A DNA stretch of 64,000 nt from Marinobacter sp. (lineage in GTDB: Bacteria; Pseudomonadota; Gammaproteobacteria; Pseudomonadales; Oleiphilaceae): NCBI GenBank assembly GCA_014762755.1, contig JABURI010000152.1, positions 592 to 64,591 on the forward strand, in the 5' to 3' direction. The notes beneath the pieces were generated by a model, which made no database searches, was not told the origin of the DNA, and saw only the letters and a program-made list of their open reading frames with translations. The translations under genes were made by a program, and so were the position numbers. Of the stretch, positions 22,612 through 32,714 are shown piece by piece; position 1 is the stretch's first letter, and each line of letters opens with the position of its first letter.

Positions 22612-23919
22612 GTGAGCACACGACTGGAACATCTCGACATCCATCCCCTGAGGGATGAGCTGTACAACGAACTCCACTCCCGCCCCTTCCAGGTGCTGCC
22701 GACGCCGGCAAGGGTGACCCAGATGGCGATCCTGACCACACCTGAGCAGCGCCGGGAGCAGTTCCGGCACCTGCAGGAGCTGCACCGCCTGCTCGGCTAC
22801 CCGGTTCCCGAAGAGGAAGTTGGCTGTTTCGAGCAGACCTTCGGCACCCTGAGAGTCCGGCGGGAAATGCACATGGAGTTCGCCTCCTATACCTTTACCA
22901 ACCTGGCTGACAGTGGCGCCGATCCCTTCACCGAAACCGGCATCACCCCGTTGCCGGAGGGCTGGCTGGAACAGCTCGTGGGCACAGTCATCGCGGCCTT
23001 CCACGTGGAGATCCTGCCGTCATCCGAGGATGCCGCCAGTGACCTGGCCTTTGTTCGCCAGCACTTTGAGGGCCTGCGTCTGGTTGGCAGCAGCCCCCAG
23101 GAAGGTGCGGCCCGGATCTGGGGCACGTTCAAGCTGCACAGCGACGGTTTTGGCCGGTTCATGGTGCAGAACCACCACATGTCCAACAGCCAGCTGGGCC
23201 GACTGACCCAACGGCTGATGGAGATCGAGACCTACCGATTGATGTCCCTGCTGGCTCTGCCCGTGGCCCGGGAAATCACGCCGTCACTGAATGATATGGA
23301 CCAGAAGCTGGCCATCATTACCCAGGCCCTGGCCGACAACCAGGACGTGGACGAACAGCAGCTACTGGGAGAACTGAGCCACATCGCCGCCCGGATCGAG
23401 GCATTTCGCGCCCACTCCACGTTCCGGTTTTCTGCCACTCGCGCCTATCACCGCCTGGTCCTGACCCGGCTGGAGGCACTGCGGGAAGACGAACTCTCCG
23501 GCCATCTGACCATGACCGAATTCATGACCCGGCGGCTGACCCCGGCGGTAAAAACCTGCGAGGCGGTCAGTGAGCGGCTGGAGGACCTGTCCCGGCGCGT
23601 CGACCGGGCCTCGGACATGATGCGCACCCGGGTGGAGCTGGCCATCCAGAGTCAGAACCAGCAGCTGCTCAGCTCCATGGACCGCCGTTCACGCATCCAG
23701 CTGATGATGCAGCACACGGTGGAAGGCTTCTCGGTCGTGGCCATCTCCTACTACCTGATCGGCCTGCTGAAACTGGGACTGGACGCGCTTTACGACAGTG
23801 GCGTCGAGTTCAACAAGACCCTGGTGCTGGGCATTGCCATCCCGGTGGTCATGGTCATGGTGTTCCTGGGCATCCGCATCGTCCATCACCACTTCATCAA
23901 GATGGCCAGGCGGCAGTAG
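22612..23919 (+). CDS. DUF3422-family membrane-anchored protein
   Basis: HPLR..LYNELHSRP, GRLTQRLMEIETYR, RRLTPAVKTC, QHTVEGFSVVAISYY, two C-terminal TMs. Confidence 0.85.
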   Translation: MSTRLEHLDIHPLRDELYNELHSRPFQVLPTPARVTQMAILTTPEQRREQFRHLQELHRLLGYPVPEEEVGCFEQTFGTLRVRREMHMEFASYTFTNLADSGADPFTETGITPLPEGWLEQLVGTVIAAFHVEILPSSEDAASDLAFVRQHFEGLRLVGSSPQEGAARIWGTFKLHSDGFGRFMVQNHHMSNSQLGRLTQRLMEIETYRLMSLLALPVAREITPSLNDMDQKLAIITQALADNQDVDEQQLLGELSHIAARIEAFRAHSTFRFSATRAYHRLVLTRLEALREDELSGHLTMTEFMTRRLTPAVKTCEAVSERLEDLSRRVDRASDMMRTRVELAIQSQNQQLLSSMDRRSRIQLMMQHTVEGFSVVAISYYLIGLLKLGLDALYDSGVEFNKTLVLGIAIPVVMVMVFLGIRIVHHHFIKMARRQ

Positions 23920-23924
23920 CCGGC

Positions 23925-24704
23925 TCAGCGGAACCGGCTGTCTCCGGCCACCTGCCGGAAAAACTGCTGGGCGGTACGCCCGTTGCGCACGCCTTTGCCG
24001 GTGGCGAAGCGGATGGCTTCCAGATGCAGGGCTTCCCGGTCCTGAACTTCGGGGAACAGGGCATCAATGGCCTCCAGATAGACATCCTTCGCGAACGGGT
24101 AGAACGACAGCTGCAAGCCGAACCGATCCGCCAGCGACACCTGCTCCTCGATCGCCTCCGCCGGATGCAGTTCGCCGTCCCGAACCTCGCTCTTCAGGTT
24201 GTCGCTCATGAACTCCGGCATCAGGTGCCGGCGATTGGAGGTGGCGTACACCCGGACGTTTTCCGGCGGCAGCTCCAGGGAGCCTTCCAGCACACTCTTC
24301 AGTGCCTTGTAGCCGGATTCGCCGACGTCAAAAGACAGGTCATCGCAGAAGATGACGAACCGGAACGGCAGATCACAGATATCGTCCACGATCTCCGGCA
24401 GGTTCACCAGATCGTCCTTGTCCACCTCGATCATGCGCAGCGCCCGGTCCCGATAGCGGTTCAGCAGGGCCTTGATCAGGGAGGACTTGCCGGTGCCCCG
24501 GGAGCCCCAGAGCAACGCGTTGTTGGAGGGCTCTCCGGCGAGGAAGCGTTCGGTATTGCGGGCCAGGGCCTGCTTCTGTCGATCAATGCCTTTGAGATCA
24601 TCCCAGGCGATCGGGTCCAGACGCCGGATCGCCCGCAGGCCGGAGCGATGGCGGCGCCAGACCGCCGCCGGGGCGTGTTGCCAGTCAAACTGCGTGGTAC
24701 TCAT
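23925..24704 (-). CDS. DUF815-family AAA+ ATPase
   Basis: LLWGSRGTGKSS, FCDDLSF, YATSNRRHLMPE, SLADRFG. Confidence 0.9.
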   Translation of the reverse strand: MSTTQFDWQHAPAAVWRRHRSGLRAIRRLDPIAWDDLKGIDRQKQALARNTERFLAGEPSNNALLWGSRGTGKSSLIKALLNRYRDRALRMIEVDKDDLVNLPEIVDDICDLPFRFVIFCDDLSFDVGESGYKALKSVLEGSLELPPENVRVYATSNRRHLMPEFMSDNLKSEVRDGELHPAEAIEEQVSLADRFGLQLSFYPFAKDVYLEAIDALFPEVQDREALHLEAIRFATGKGVRNGRTAQQFFRQVAGDSRFR

Positions 24705-24788
24705 AAACCTTCTTTCCTATTTCGTCCGGCGTCAGGCTGTGGAACACTGACCGCCAACCTTGATCCATAACAGGAGACTTTACCGCAA

Positions 24789-25232
24789 ATGGCCGTCAAA
24801 TCCGTCGCCCTTGTGGCGCACGACAACAAGAAAAAGGAACTGGTGGAGTGGGCAAAGGAGAACCGGACCCGCCTGGCGCCCCTGCGTCTCTATGCCACCG
24901 GCACCACCGGCCGGCTGCTTCGTGAAAGCCTGGGACGCGATGATCTGAACTCCCTGCTCAGCGGCCCGCTGGGTGGCGACCAGCAGATTGGCGCCAAGAT
25001 TGCCGAGGGTGAAATCGACCTGCTGGTGTTTTTCTGGGATCCGCTGGAACCCCAGCCCCACGACCCGGACATCAAGGCCCTGCTGCGCATTGCCGCGCTC
25101 TGGAACATCCCGGTGGCCTGTAACCGCGCCACCGCCGAGTTTGTGCTCACGTCCGCCTACATGACCGACGACCAACACCACCCGCAAAAGCCGGACTTTT
25201 CCGACTACACCGGACGCGAGGTCAATCCCTGA
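24789..25232 (+). CDS. mgsA: Methylglyoxal synthase
   Basis: ALVAHDNKK, ATGTTG, SGPLGGDQQIGA, PHDPDIKALLR. Confidence 0.97.
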   Translation: MAVKSVALVAHDNKKKELVEWAKENRTRLAPLRLYATGTTGRLLRESLGRDDLNSLLSGPLGGDQQIGAKIAEGEIDLLVFFWDPLEPQPHDPDIKALLRIAALWNIPVACNRATAEFVLTSAYMTDDQHHPQKPDFSDYTGREVNP

Positions 25233-25303
25233 GCCGGGCTTGAATTCGGGGATCGGGGCTACTATCTGTCTGATAACCAGACCCATTCTGTGAGGAGTTC
25301 CCG

Positions 25304-25741
25304 ATGTCTGATCCGCTCCAGATCAAGTGTCCCCATTGCCTGAGGACCAACCGCGTGCCAGCCGCCCGACTGGGCGACAAGCCCAACTGTGGTGCCTGCA
25401 AGAAACCCTTGCTGGCCGGCGACGTCGCCAACCTGGACGATGGCTCCATGGCCGGCTTTACCGGCCAGTCCGACCTGCCCGTGCTGGTCGACTTCTGGGC
25501 CAGCTGGTGCGGCCCGTGCAAGGCCATGGCGCCGGAGTTCGAACAGGCGGCCCGCAACTGGGCCGGACAAGTCGCCTTTGCCAAGCTCAACACCGAACAG
25601 GCGCCACAGGCATCCGGTCAGTGTGGCATCCGCAGCATTCCCACCCTGATCCTGTTCCGGGGCGGTCGCGAGATTGCCCGCAAGAGCGGCGCCATGCCCG
25701 CCGCCCAGCTCTCGGCCTGGCTGAACAGCGAACTGGGCTGA
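25304..25741 (+). CDS. trxC: Thioredoxin 2 with N-terminal Zn finger
   Basis: CPHC..NR..CGAC followed by [11 protein letters not shown] and IRSIPT. Confidence 0.93.
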   Translation: MSDPLQIKCPHCLRTNRVPAARLGDKPNCGACKKPLLAGDVANLDDGSMAGFTGQSDLPVLVDFWASWCGPCKAMAPEFEQAARNWAGQVAFAKLNTEQAPQASGQCGIRSIPTLILFRGGREIARKSGAMPAAQLSAWLNSELG

Positions 25742-25815
25742 ATAGAGGACGGGCGGCACTGGCCCCACGGCCGGCTGACCGGTGCTATGATGACCTCAAA
25801 AAGGAGGATAACGCC

Positions 25816-26787
<972 letters not shown>

Positions 26788-26794
26788 CTCAACC

Positions 26795-26824
26795 GGGCGC
26801 CACATCCCCGGCGCCCTTCTTTCT
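26795..26824 (+). terminator. Intrinsic terminator of cysK
   Basis: GGGCGCC-ACATCCCC-GGCGCCC followed by TTCTTTCT. Confidence 0.7.
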
Positions 26825-26969
26825 TCCCTGAAAACAGTCTGCACCTCAGTATATCGTCATTGTCGCAACCCCGTTCCAACCCTGCCCAAGCTTTCGACTT
26901 AAGCATTAAGTGTCGATAAAAGCGACTTATTCTTCTTGTGCATAAACTTAAGGATCACTAAACTGCGCC

Positions 26970-26983
26970 TTGACCTTAATCAA
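26970..26983. promoter_or_regulatory. FNR/ANR/DNR-type box 1
   Basis: TTGAC-CTTA-ATCAA versus consensus TTGAT-N4-ATCAA (one mismatch). Confidence 0.6.
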
Positions 26984-27110
26984 CTCAGCGAAAGAAAAGT
27001 CAGACAATTCCCCTCTCCTTAAATAGATGGCGAATAACTTGGTGTCCTCCGACTGGCGTACAGACCGGTCCGATTTTACGCATAAAAGCCTGCCAAATTC
27101 CGGTCAGGGT

Positions 27111-27124
27111 TTGACCGTTATCAA
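27111..27124. promoter_or_regulatory. FNR/ANR/DNR-type box 2
   Basis: TTGAC-CGTT-ATCAA, ending 55 bp before ATG 27180. Confidence 0.62.
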
Positions 27125-27179
27125 GACCTGACTTTCCGATCCGGATACAGCGTAAACCAGAAATTGCGAAGAGTAGATC

Positions 27180-28547
27180 ATGCCCGACAGAGCCATTAAC
27201 GAGGTGCTGGATGCTCCCAGTCACGATCGATCAGTGCCCTTGCTCTCGCTATCGGGTTTCGGGGTCGCTTTCGGTGAAAAAACAGTCCTCGCCGACATCA
27301 ATCTGGAATTGCCGGAATGCGGCGTTACGCTGTTGCTTGGGCCTAGCGGTACGGGCAAATCAACTCTGTTGAGAACACTCGCGGGGTTTAATGACGCCAA
27401 CCCTAACCTGAGAACCTGGGGGCGTGCCAGCTATCGTGGCAAGCCGCTCGACTCCACTGTCAAGCGTCCTGTCCTTGCTGCACAAAATGCCCGGCTGATG
27501 ATGGCCAGCATCCTGGAAAACATCGTTCATGATCTGCCCGGCAGAGGACACCTGTCTCCAAGGCAGCAGAGGGAACTCGCCGTAACCATGCTGGAATCCG
27601 CTGGCCTCCAGGAACTCGTCGACCGGATTGATGAGCCAGTCATACAGCTTGAGCTGGCCCAGCAACGTCACCTTGGCATCATGCGGCTGGCAGCAACCGG
27701 CGCCCCTCTGCTTCTAATCGATGAACCCTCGGCGAACATCAGCGAGGCAGACGCTGATCGAATACTCGAATTTATTGCTTCCAAAAGTGCCAGCCGCTCC
27801 GTTTTTCTGGCGGTGCATAACCAGATTCATGCTCGACAAATCGGCGGAGACGCAGTGTTGATAGCCGGTGGCATTGTCCAGGAAAAAGCACCGACAGACA
27901 CTTTCTTCTCGACACCGGTGACTGAGGCGGGAAGAGCATTCGTTCGTACCGGGTCGTGTTCGGTTCCTGCGCCAGACACGGACCCTGATGCACTGGACGC
28001 ATCAACCCCGCCCCCGGCAAAAACGCCCGCTGCCGCCCGAAATTTCGCGAACACCAACTTCGGGCCACGGGGGTTCCTCTGGCTCGAAAAAGGTCGGCTG
28101 GCCGGGATGCCAGGTCTGGGACTCTATGGCGACCTCGACGATGATTTGAAGGCGCTCCGGAACGTCGGAGTCACTACACTGATCAGCCTCACCGAAACAC
28201 CGCCTGACACAGCCAGAATGACCGGATTCGGAATCGAAAGCATCTGGTGCCCTTTCAGGGACGAGGCCGCTCCCGCCATCACTCAGGCAGTCGGTTTGTG
28301 CAAGCAGATCCAGGAGATCACCGGCAATGAAGGGATTGTTGCCATTCAGTGCTGCGCCGGTTTGGGGCGCACTGGAACCATCCTCGCTGCCTTTCTGATA
28401 TGGGAAGGCAGCGAGGCGTTGGATGCACTGGAGACAGTCCGCCAAATGGAGCCGGGCTGGGTGCAATCTGAAGTCCAGGCAAAGTTTCTGGAACGATATG
28501 CCCTGTTCTTAACCGGGCGAAACCACACAAGCAGACTAAAAAACTGA
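27180..28547 (+). CDS. ABC-type ATPase / CX5R (dual-specificity-like) phosphatase fusion, copy 1
   Basis: Walker A GPSGTGKS, Walker B LLLIDEP, H-loop VHN, degenerate signature LELAQQR; Pro-rich linker; PFRDEAAP loop and QCCAGLGRTGT P-loop. Confidence 0.85.
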   Translation: MPDRAINEVLDAPSHDRSVPLLSLSGFGVAFGEKTVLADINLELPECGVTLLLGPSGTGKSTLLRTLAGFNDANPNLRTWGRASYRGKPLDSTVKRPVLAAQNARLMMASILENIVHDLPGRGHLSPRQQRELAVTMLESAGLQELVDRIDEPVIQLELAQQRHLGIMRLAATGAPLLLIDEPSANISEADADRILEFIASKSASRSVFLAVHNQIHARQIGGDAVLIAGGIVQEKAPTDTFFSTPVTEAGRAFVRTGSCSVPAPDTDPDALDASTPPPAKTPAAARNFANTNFGPRGFLWLEKGRLAGMPGLGLYGDLDDDLKALRNVGVTTLISLTETPPDTARMTGFGIESIWCPFRDEAAPAITQAVGLCKQIQEITGNEGIVAIQCCAGLGRTGTILAAFLIWEGSEALDALETVRQMEPGWVQSEVQAKFLERYALFLTGRNHTSRLKN

Positions 28548-28583
28548 TCCAAATCAATTAAACCCAACTAAGCGGAGTTATTA

Positions 28584-28991
28584 ATGTCAAACCTCGATAA
28601 TACTATTCAGCAGGCCATTTCCACCATTCCGGAATGCCTGGCGGGGGGTTATGTGGATCTCAGCAGCGGGATGCTTCTTGGCATCAAGACTGTTGACTCC
28701 CATCCTCAGGAAGTTCTTGAAATGTTGGCCGCTGCAACGGCCGATCTTTTCCAGGGCCCAAACGTGGTAACAATTGAGAACATGTTCAAGAAGTCCCGAG
28801 GCCTGCCACTGGATGATTTCCACTACTTCCAGGAAATCATCGTCAATAGTGAGAACCTGATCCATATTTTCATGCGCACCAAAGAGAACCAGGACCATGT
28901 GGTTACATTTGTGTGTCGCAAATCCGCCAACCTGGGCATGGTTTTAACCAAAGCTCGCGCCGCCCTGCCTAAAGTGGAAGCAGCGCTGTAG
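28584..28991 (+). CDS. Roadblock/profilin-like small protein, type A copy 1
   Basis: IPECLAGGYVDLSSGMLL...EIIV....HIF...ANLGMV pattern; GGAG RBS; paralogue at 35292. Confidence 0.7.
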   Translation: MSNLDNTIQQAISTIPECLAGGYVDLSSGMLLGIKTVDSHPQEVLEMLAAATADLFQGPNVVTIENMFKKSRGLPLDDFHYFQEIIVNSENLIHIFMRTKENQDHVVTFVCRKSANLGMVLTKARAALPKVEAAL

Positions 28992-29059
28992 CCGTTACGT
29001 AGCGACAATTGACCCAAAGCATGAACTCGGGTTCACTGTCAGGGTTTGCAAACTAGAAG

Positions 29060-29461
29060 GTGAACACAATGGGTGATTTTGGTCAGCCACATCCGAAGGC
29101 CAGTGCCGCCCGCTCCATTCTCCGGGAACTCAATGCCTCCTCCTCGGAAATTGAAGCGTCCGCGACCATGACGACAGATGGCTACATCATTGGTGCTGTA
29201 CTGGGCACCACCACTGATGAAGATCGTTTTTCCGCCATGTGCGCTTCGTTGCTGGCTCTGGCTGAGCAGGCGGCCGACGAGATCGGTCGCGGTCAGATGA
29301 AGCAGTTATTGGTGGAGGGAACACAGGGGTTGATGCTTCTGATCCGGGCCGGCGACGACAAGGTACTGGCCCTGGCCGCCAAACCGACCGTCAACCTCGG
29401 TCGGGTATTCCTTGAAGCGCGTAAGTGTGCCGCCAAGATCGACCAGGTGATCAACGGTTAA
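29060..29461 (+). CDS. Roadblock/LC7 (MglB-like) protein, type B
   Basis: IEASATMTTDG, DEDRFSAMCASLLALA, EIGRGQMKQLLVEG..G, VNLGRVFLEAR; start may be ATG 29069. Confidence 0.88.
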   Translation: MNTMGDFGQPHPKASAARSILRELNASSSEIEASATMTTDGYIIGAVLGTTTDEDRFSAMCASLLALAEQAADEIGRGQMKQLLVEGTQGLMLLIRAGDDKVLALAAKPTVNLGRVFLEARKCAAKIDQVING

Positions 29462-29520
29462 GCTCTCTGGCTGACGTGAAATTGGCCGGCAAAAACTCCA
29501 GGGAGTGAAACTGCCTTGCC

Positions 29521-29538
29521 AGGGGGCAAAAGCCCCCT
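29521..29538. terminator. Hairpin between convergent genes
   Basis: AGGGGGC-AAAA-GCCCCCT. Confidence 0.55.
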
Positions 29539-29553
29539 CGCTTTCCATCGAGG

Positions 29554-32352
29554 CTATTCGGACAATTCCGGAAGCAGCTCCGGTTTTCCGAAATGGAAAC
29601 CCTGAAAATAATCCACGTTCATCTGCTGCAGTAACGTCGCAATATCTTCACTGTTCACAAACTCCGCAACGACCTTCGCATCGATCTTGTGAGCAAATTC
29701 AACGATGCTCTCTGTAATCAAACGACTCTTCTCGTCTTCCAGTATCCGCGAAATTATTGAGCCATCGATCTTGATAAAGTCCGGCTGAATTTCGATCAGA
29801 TAGGAATAGTTGGAATAGCCGCTGCCAAAATCATCGATTGCTATCTTCGAATTCCGGGCCCGAACCCCTTCGACAAACTGCTTGACCTTGGCATAGTCCT
29901 GAATGGATTCGGTTTCCGTGATCTCAAATATCAGGTTATGGCCACCGTGAAGCGAAAGCTGCTCCAGAATAAAAGCCGAGATGTCCGGATTTTCCATATC
30001 CTTGGCTGAGAGATTGACGCTGATGGAAAGATTCCGGGAAGACGCAAGGGAAATTGCCTCAGAGATCACCTTCCTGGTTATCTCCGGGTAATAGCGGGAC
30101 TGCTTCGCCAGGTCGAGAAATTGAAGGGGCGGAATGACCTCGCCATTGCGACCGATCATCCGTAACAGGGATTCGTATCGCTCCTCCACCACTCCGCCGC
30201 TTCCCGACACAATCGGTTGATAGAAACTGGTGAGTCGATTCTCCTGGAGAGCTTCTTTGATCTCATTCAGCCAGTAAATGTTCTCAGTGTGATCGAAATC
30301 TTCCTCGCTCAGATCCACCACCTTGTGGGCGATATTTTCCTGCTTGGCTTTTTGCAGTGCTGACTCAGCAAACGTTAACAGGCGCCCCTCTCCACGCCCG
30401 ATACCGAAGAAGAAATCCATGTCAAAGTATTCGCTATTGACAACAAGGGGTTTGCTCTGCAGCTGGGCTGCCAACTCCGAAATATAGCTACTGAAGTCGT
30501 TGTAGGTTATGGAACTATCCGGCAACAAGGCAAAGTGGGCACCATGAAGACGATAGACCGTAATACCTTCGATGGCACAGCGCTGCTCCAGTTCTGCAGC
30601 CAGCTCCACCAGGATGCGGTCTCCCATGGCAATACCGTAGTAGTCATTGAATGATTTGAAACTTCTGACATCCATCAGTGCTAGCTGCAAAGGTTGCAGG
30701 CGCTCGAGGTCCTCTATGAGCCTTGCCCGGCTCGGTAGCCCGGTCAGCTTGTCGGTTCGCTGCTGCGCCAGCTTGCTCTGGTTCAGGATGATCTCGGTAA
30801 TGTCGTTGCGGATGCTGATGAACTCCTCAATGTCACCCGCATGGTCCACGATCGGAACAATCGTGGTGTCGACGTAATAGAAGTCGCCATTTTTTTTGCG
30901 GTTCTTGATGGTGCCCTGCCAGACCTGCCGGTTCAAAATGGTGTCCCACATATCCCGGAACACACTCGCCGGCATGTCCGGGTGACGCAGGATCTGATGG
31001 GTCTTGCCGATCACTTCGTCTCTGGAATACCCGCTGATCAGTTCAAACAGATCATTGACATAGGTAATCCTGCCCTCCGGATCAGTCCTGGTCACGATAG
31101 CCGTCTGATCAAGGGCATGCTTGTACTGTTCCAGAAACTGGACCGAGTTGGTCAGATCCCTGGCTGTCGCATTTGCCAGATGCGTAAGGGAACGGAGTGT
31201 TGAGACCCGCGGGATCGATACTGACAAGTCTTTCGCAGGAAGCTTCGAGACATCACCCTTTTCAGAAAGGGTGACCAGCGTGGTAGTGATATTCAGCAGA
31301 CTGCAATCGGCCCCGGAAGTGAAATATTCGCCGTAAGTAAAGAACCCGGCGTTGGGACCCAATGAGCCAATAGCAGCAATCTCTGCCGAGATGATTGACG
31401 AGAGAAAGGATCTTCGCGCGGTGCACGAGTAGGTATACACTCCCTCGATCGGAAGTTGCCCGGCAAGCCGGTTGACGGTATTGCGAACGCCATCGGTAAT
31501 TGTTTCAACATCGGCTACCCCGAACCGAACACAGTCACCACACTCCAGCTTACCGGCGAATATCAATCCCCCGTCGTCAGTAATGCCCACCGGCGAGCGC
31601 GCCACCAGGAAATCCCCCTGGGTTCGCAGCAGAGGAAACTCCATAAGGGACCGCGGAATGTCCTGTGCAACATCTTCGCCAAGGTAATATTGATACACTT
31701 CCACCGCAGGCTGGTGATTCAGTTCGTATAGAACGTTACCCTTGGCACGAGTGACTTCAAGGGGTACGCCGATAGGCGTCCATTCGAGAACACAGTCGCT
31801 ATGGACTTCCAGTACCTCGCTTCGGAGAACCGCCAGCGCCACGCCTTCGTCATACAGACGATCACCTTCAATAACAAAAGTTCGCTCAAAACGGTTGTTA
31901 TCTCCGGCGTTCCCCCCGGCTATACACAACCCGGGCGCCGCAGCATTGAAGCCTTGGATGAAACTCTCCGGATTGTCCCGCAGACCGTTACCAAAAACGA
32001 GTGCAAGGCGGGCATCACTGTCTCGATATCGACGCCCCCAGGCCCATCCACTGGCATAGGACAAATCCGACGTATAGCCGGTCTCGACGGTCGTCGCCTC
32101 AAAACAGGAGAACGACAGCAAAATACGACCTTCCGACTGGCTACCGCCAAAAATCTCTCCACAGGTTGACGCCCCTGTTATTCGAAAATCCGGGAGCAAA
32201 TCATTGAGTATGCCCAGGAGCGTCCGGACATTGGTTTCGTCCTGGTCACCGGCAAATACCTGCACCAGGCCGGCCTGATCCGCGAGGCCGAGATCGCTGA
32301 CAAACTTCAACAATGATTCCTGATCCTGGCACAGGTGGTTATACAGTTTCAT
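29554..32352 (-). CDS. FIST - PAS - degenerate GGDEF - EAL c-di-GMP phosphodiesterase
   Basis: FIST N/C (GASTCGEI, AGGNAGD, YSCTARR, GFFTYGE); PAS (ISGYS..E.IGKTH.ILRHPDMP..F..MW.TI...W.G...N..K.G); YRLHGAHF replaces GGDEF; ESLLRM, EITETE, DDFGSGYS, KIDGS, AEFV, QGF. Confidence 0.9.
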   Translation of the reverse strand: MKLYNHLCQDQESLLKFVSDLGLADQAGLVQVFAGDQDETNVRTLLGILNDLLPDFRITGASTCGEIFGGSQSEGRILLSFSCFEATTVETGYTSDLSYASGWAWGRRYRDSDARLALVFGNGLRDNPESFIQGFNAAAPGLCIAGGNAGDNNRFERTFVIEGDRLYDEGVALAVLRSEVLEVHSDCVLEWTPIGVPLEVTRAKGNVLYELNHQPAVEVYQYYLGEDVAQDIPRSLMEFPLLRTQGDFLVARSPVGITDDGGLIFAGKLECGDCVRFGVADVETITDGVRNTVNRLAGQLPIEGVYTYSCTARRSFLSSIISAEIAAIGSLGPNAGFFTYGEYFTSGADCSLLNITTTLVTLSEKGDVSKLPAKDLSVSIPRVSTLRSLTHLANATARDLTNSVQFLEQYKHALDQTAIVTRTDPEGRITYVNDLFELISGYSRDEVIGKTHQILRHPDMPASVFRDMWDTILNRQVWQGTIKNRKKNGDFYYVDTTIVPIVDHAGDIEEFISIRNDITEIILNQSKLAQQRTDKLTGLPSRARLIEDLERLQPLQLALMDVRSFKSFNDYYGIAMGDRILVELAAELEQRCAIEGITVYRLHGAHFALLPDSSITYNDFSSYISELAAQLQSKPLVVNSEYFDMDFFFGIGRGEGRLLTFAESALQKAKQENIAHKVVDLSEEDFDHTENIYWLNEIKEALQENRLTSFYQPIVSGSGGVVEERYESLLRMIGRNGEVIPPLQFLDLAKQSRYYPEITRKVISEAISLASSRNLSISVNLSAKDMENPDISAFILEQLSLHGGHNLIFEITETESIQDYAKVKQFVEGVRARNSKIAIDDFGSGYSNYSYLIEIQPDFIKIDGSIISRILEDEKSRLITESIVEFAHKIDAKVVAEFVNSEDIATLLQQMNVDYFQGFHFGKPELLPELSE

Positions 32353-32714
32353 GTTGTCAGCGAAGCCTCGGTTGATAACGGGCGGGAATAAGGTAAGATT
32401 CCCAACCTAGGCAAATACCCATATTTAAAAAAAGGTTATTAAAACTGCCACTGAAATTTTAAGAACAAAATCAGAAAACACCAGCTCAAAACAAAGTTTT
32501 ACATTTGGCAACAAAATACGGCTTAACTGTTGCTAAACACGACATGTCGTATCTTGTGCGCCTGTTCAGGGCTACCTAGAGTATTGTGATGCTTCTGCAG
32601 CACGTTTTTCCAAAGATCCGCATCCGCGAGTAATTGCCCAGTTACTCAACCAGCCAACAACGACGTTGCTGGCCTGGGGCCGTCAAGAAAACTTTACCCG
32701 GACATTCATGGCGT

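Noticed and set aside
25327-25815. 163-aa N-terminal extension of CysK
   Set aside because: Overlaps trxC in another frame; a strong AAGGAGG RBS supports ATG 25816.
27180-28547. Ordinary ABC importer ATPase (for example pstB)
   Set aside because: Signature motif lost, phosphatase domain fused, no permease or binding protein in the block.
27103-29048. Shared 11-mer GTCAGGGTTTG upstream of 27180 and 29060
   Set aside because: Only two copies at different distances from the starts, and a similar word occurs near 62350; not separable from chance by eye.
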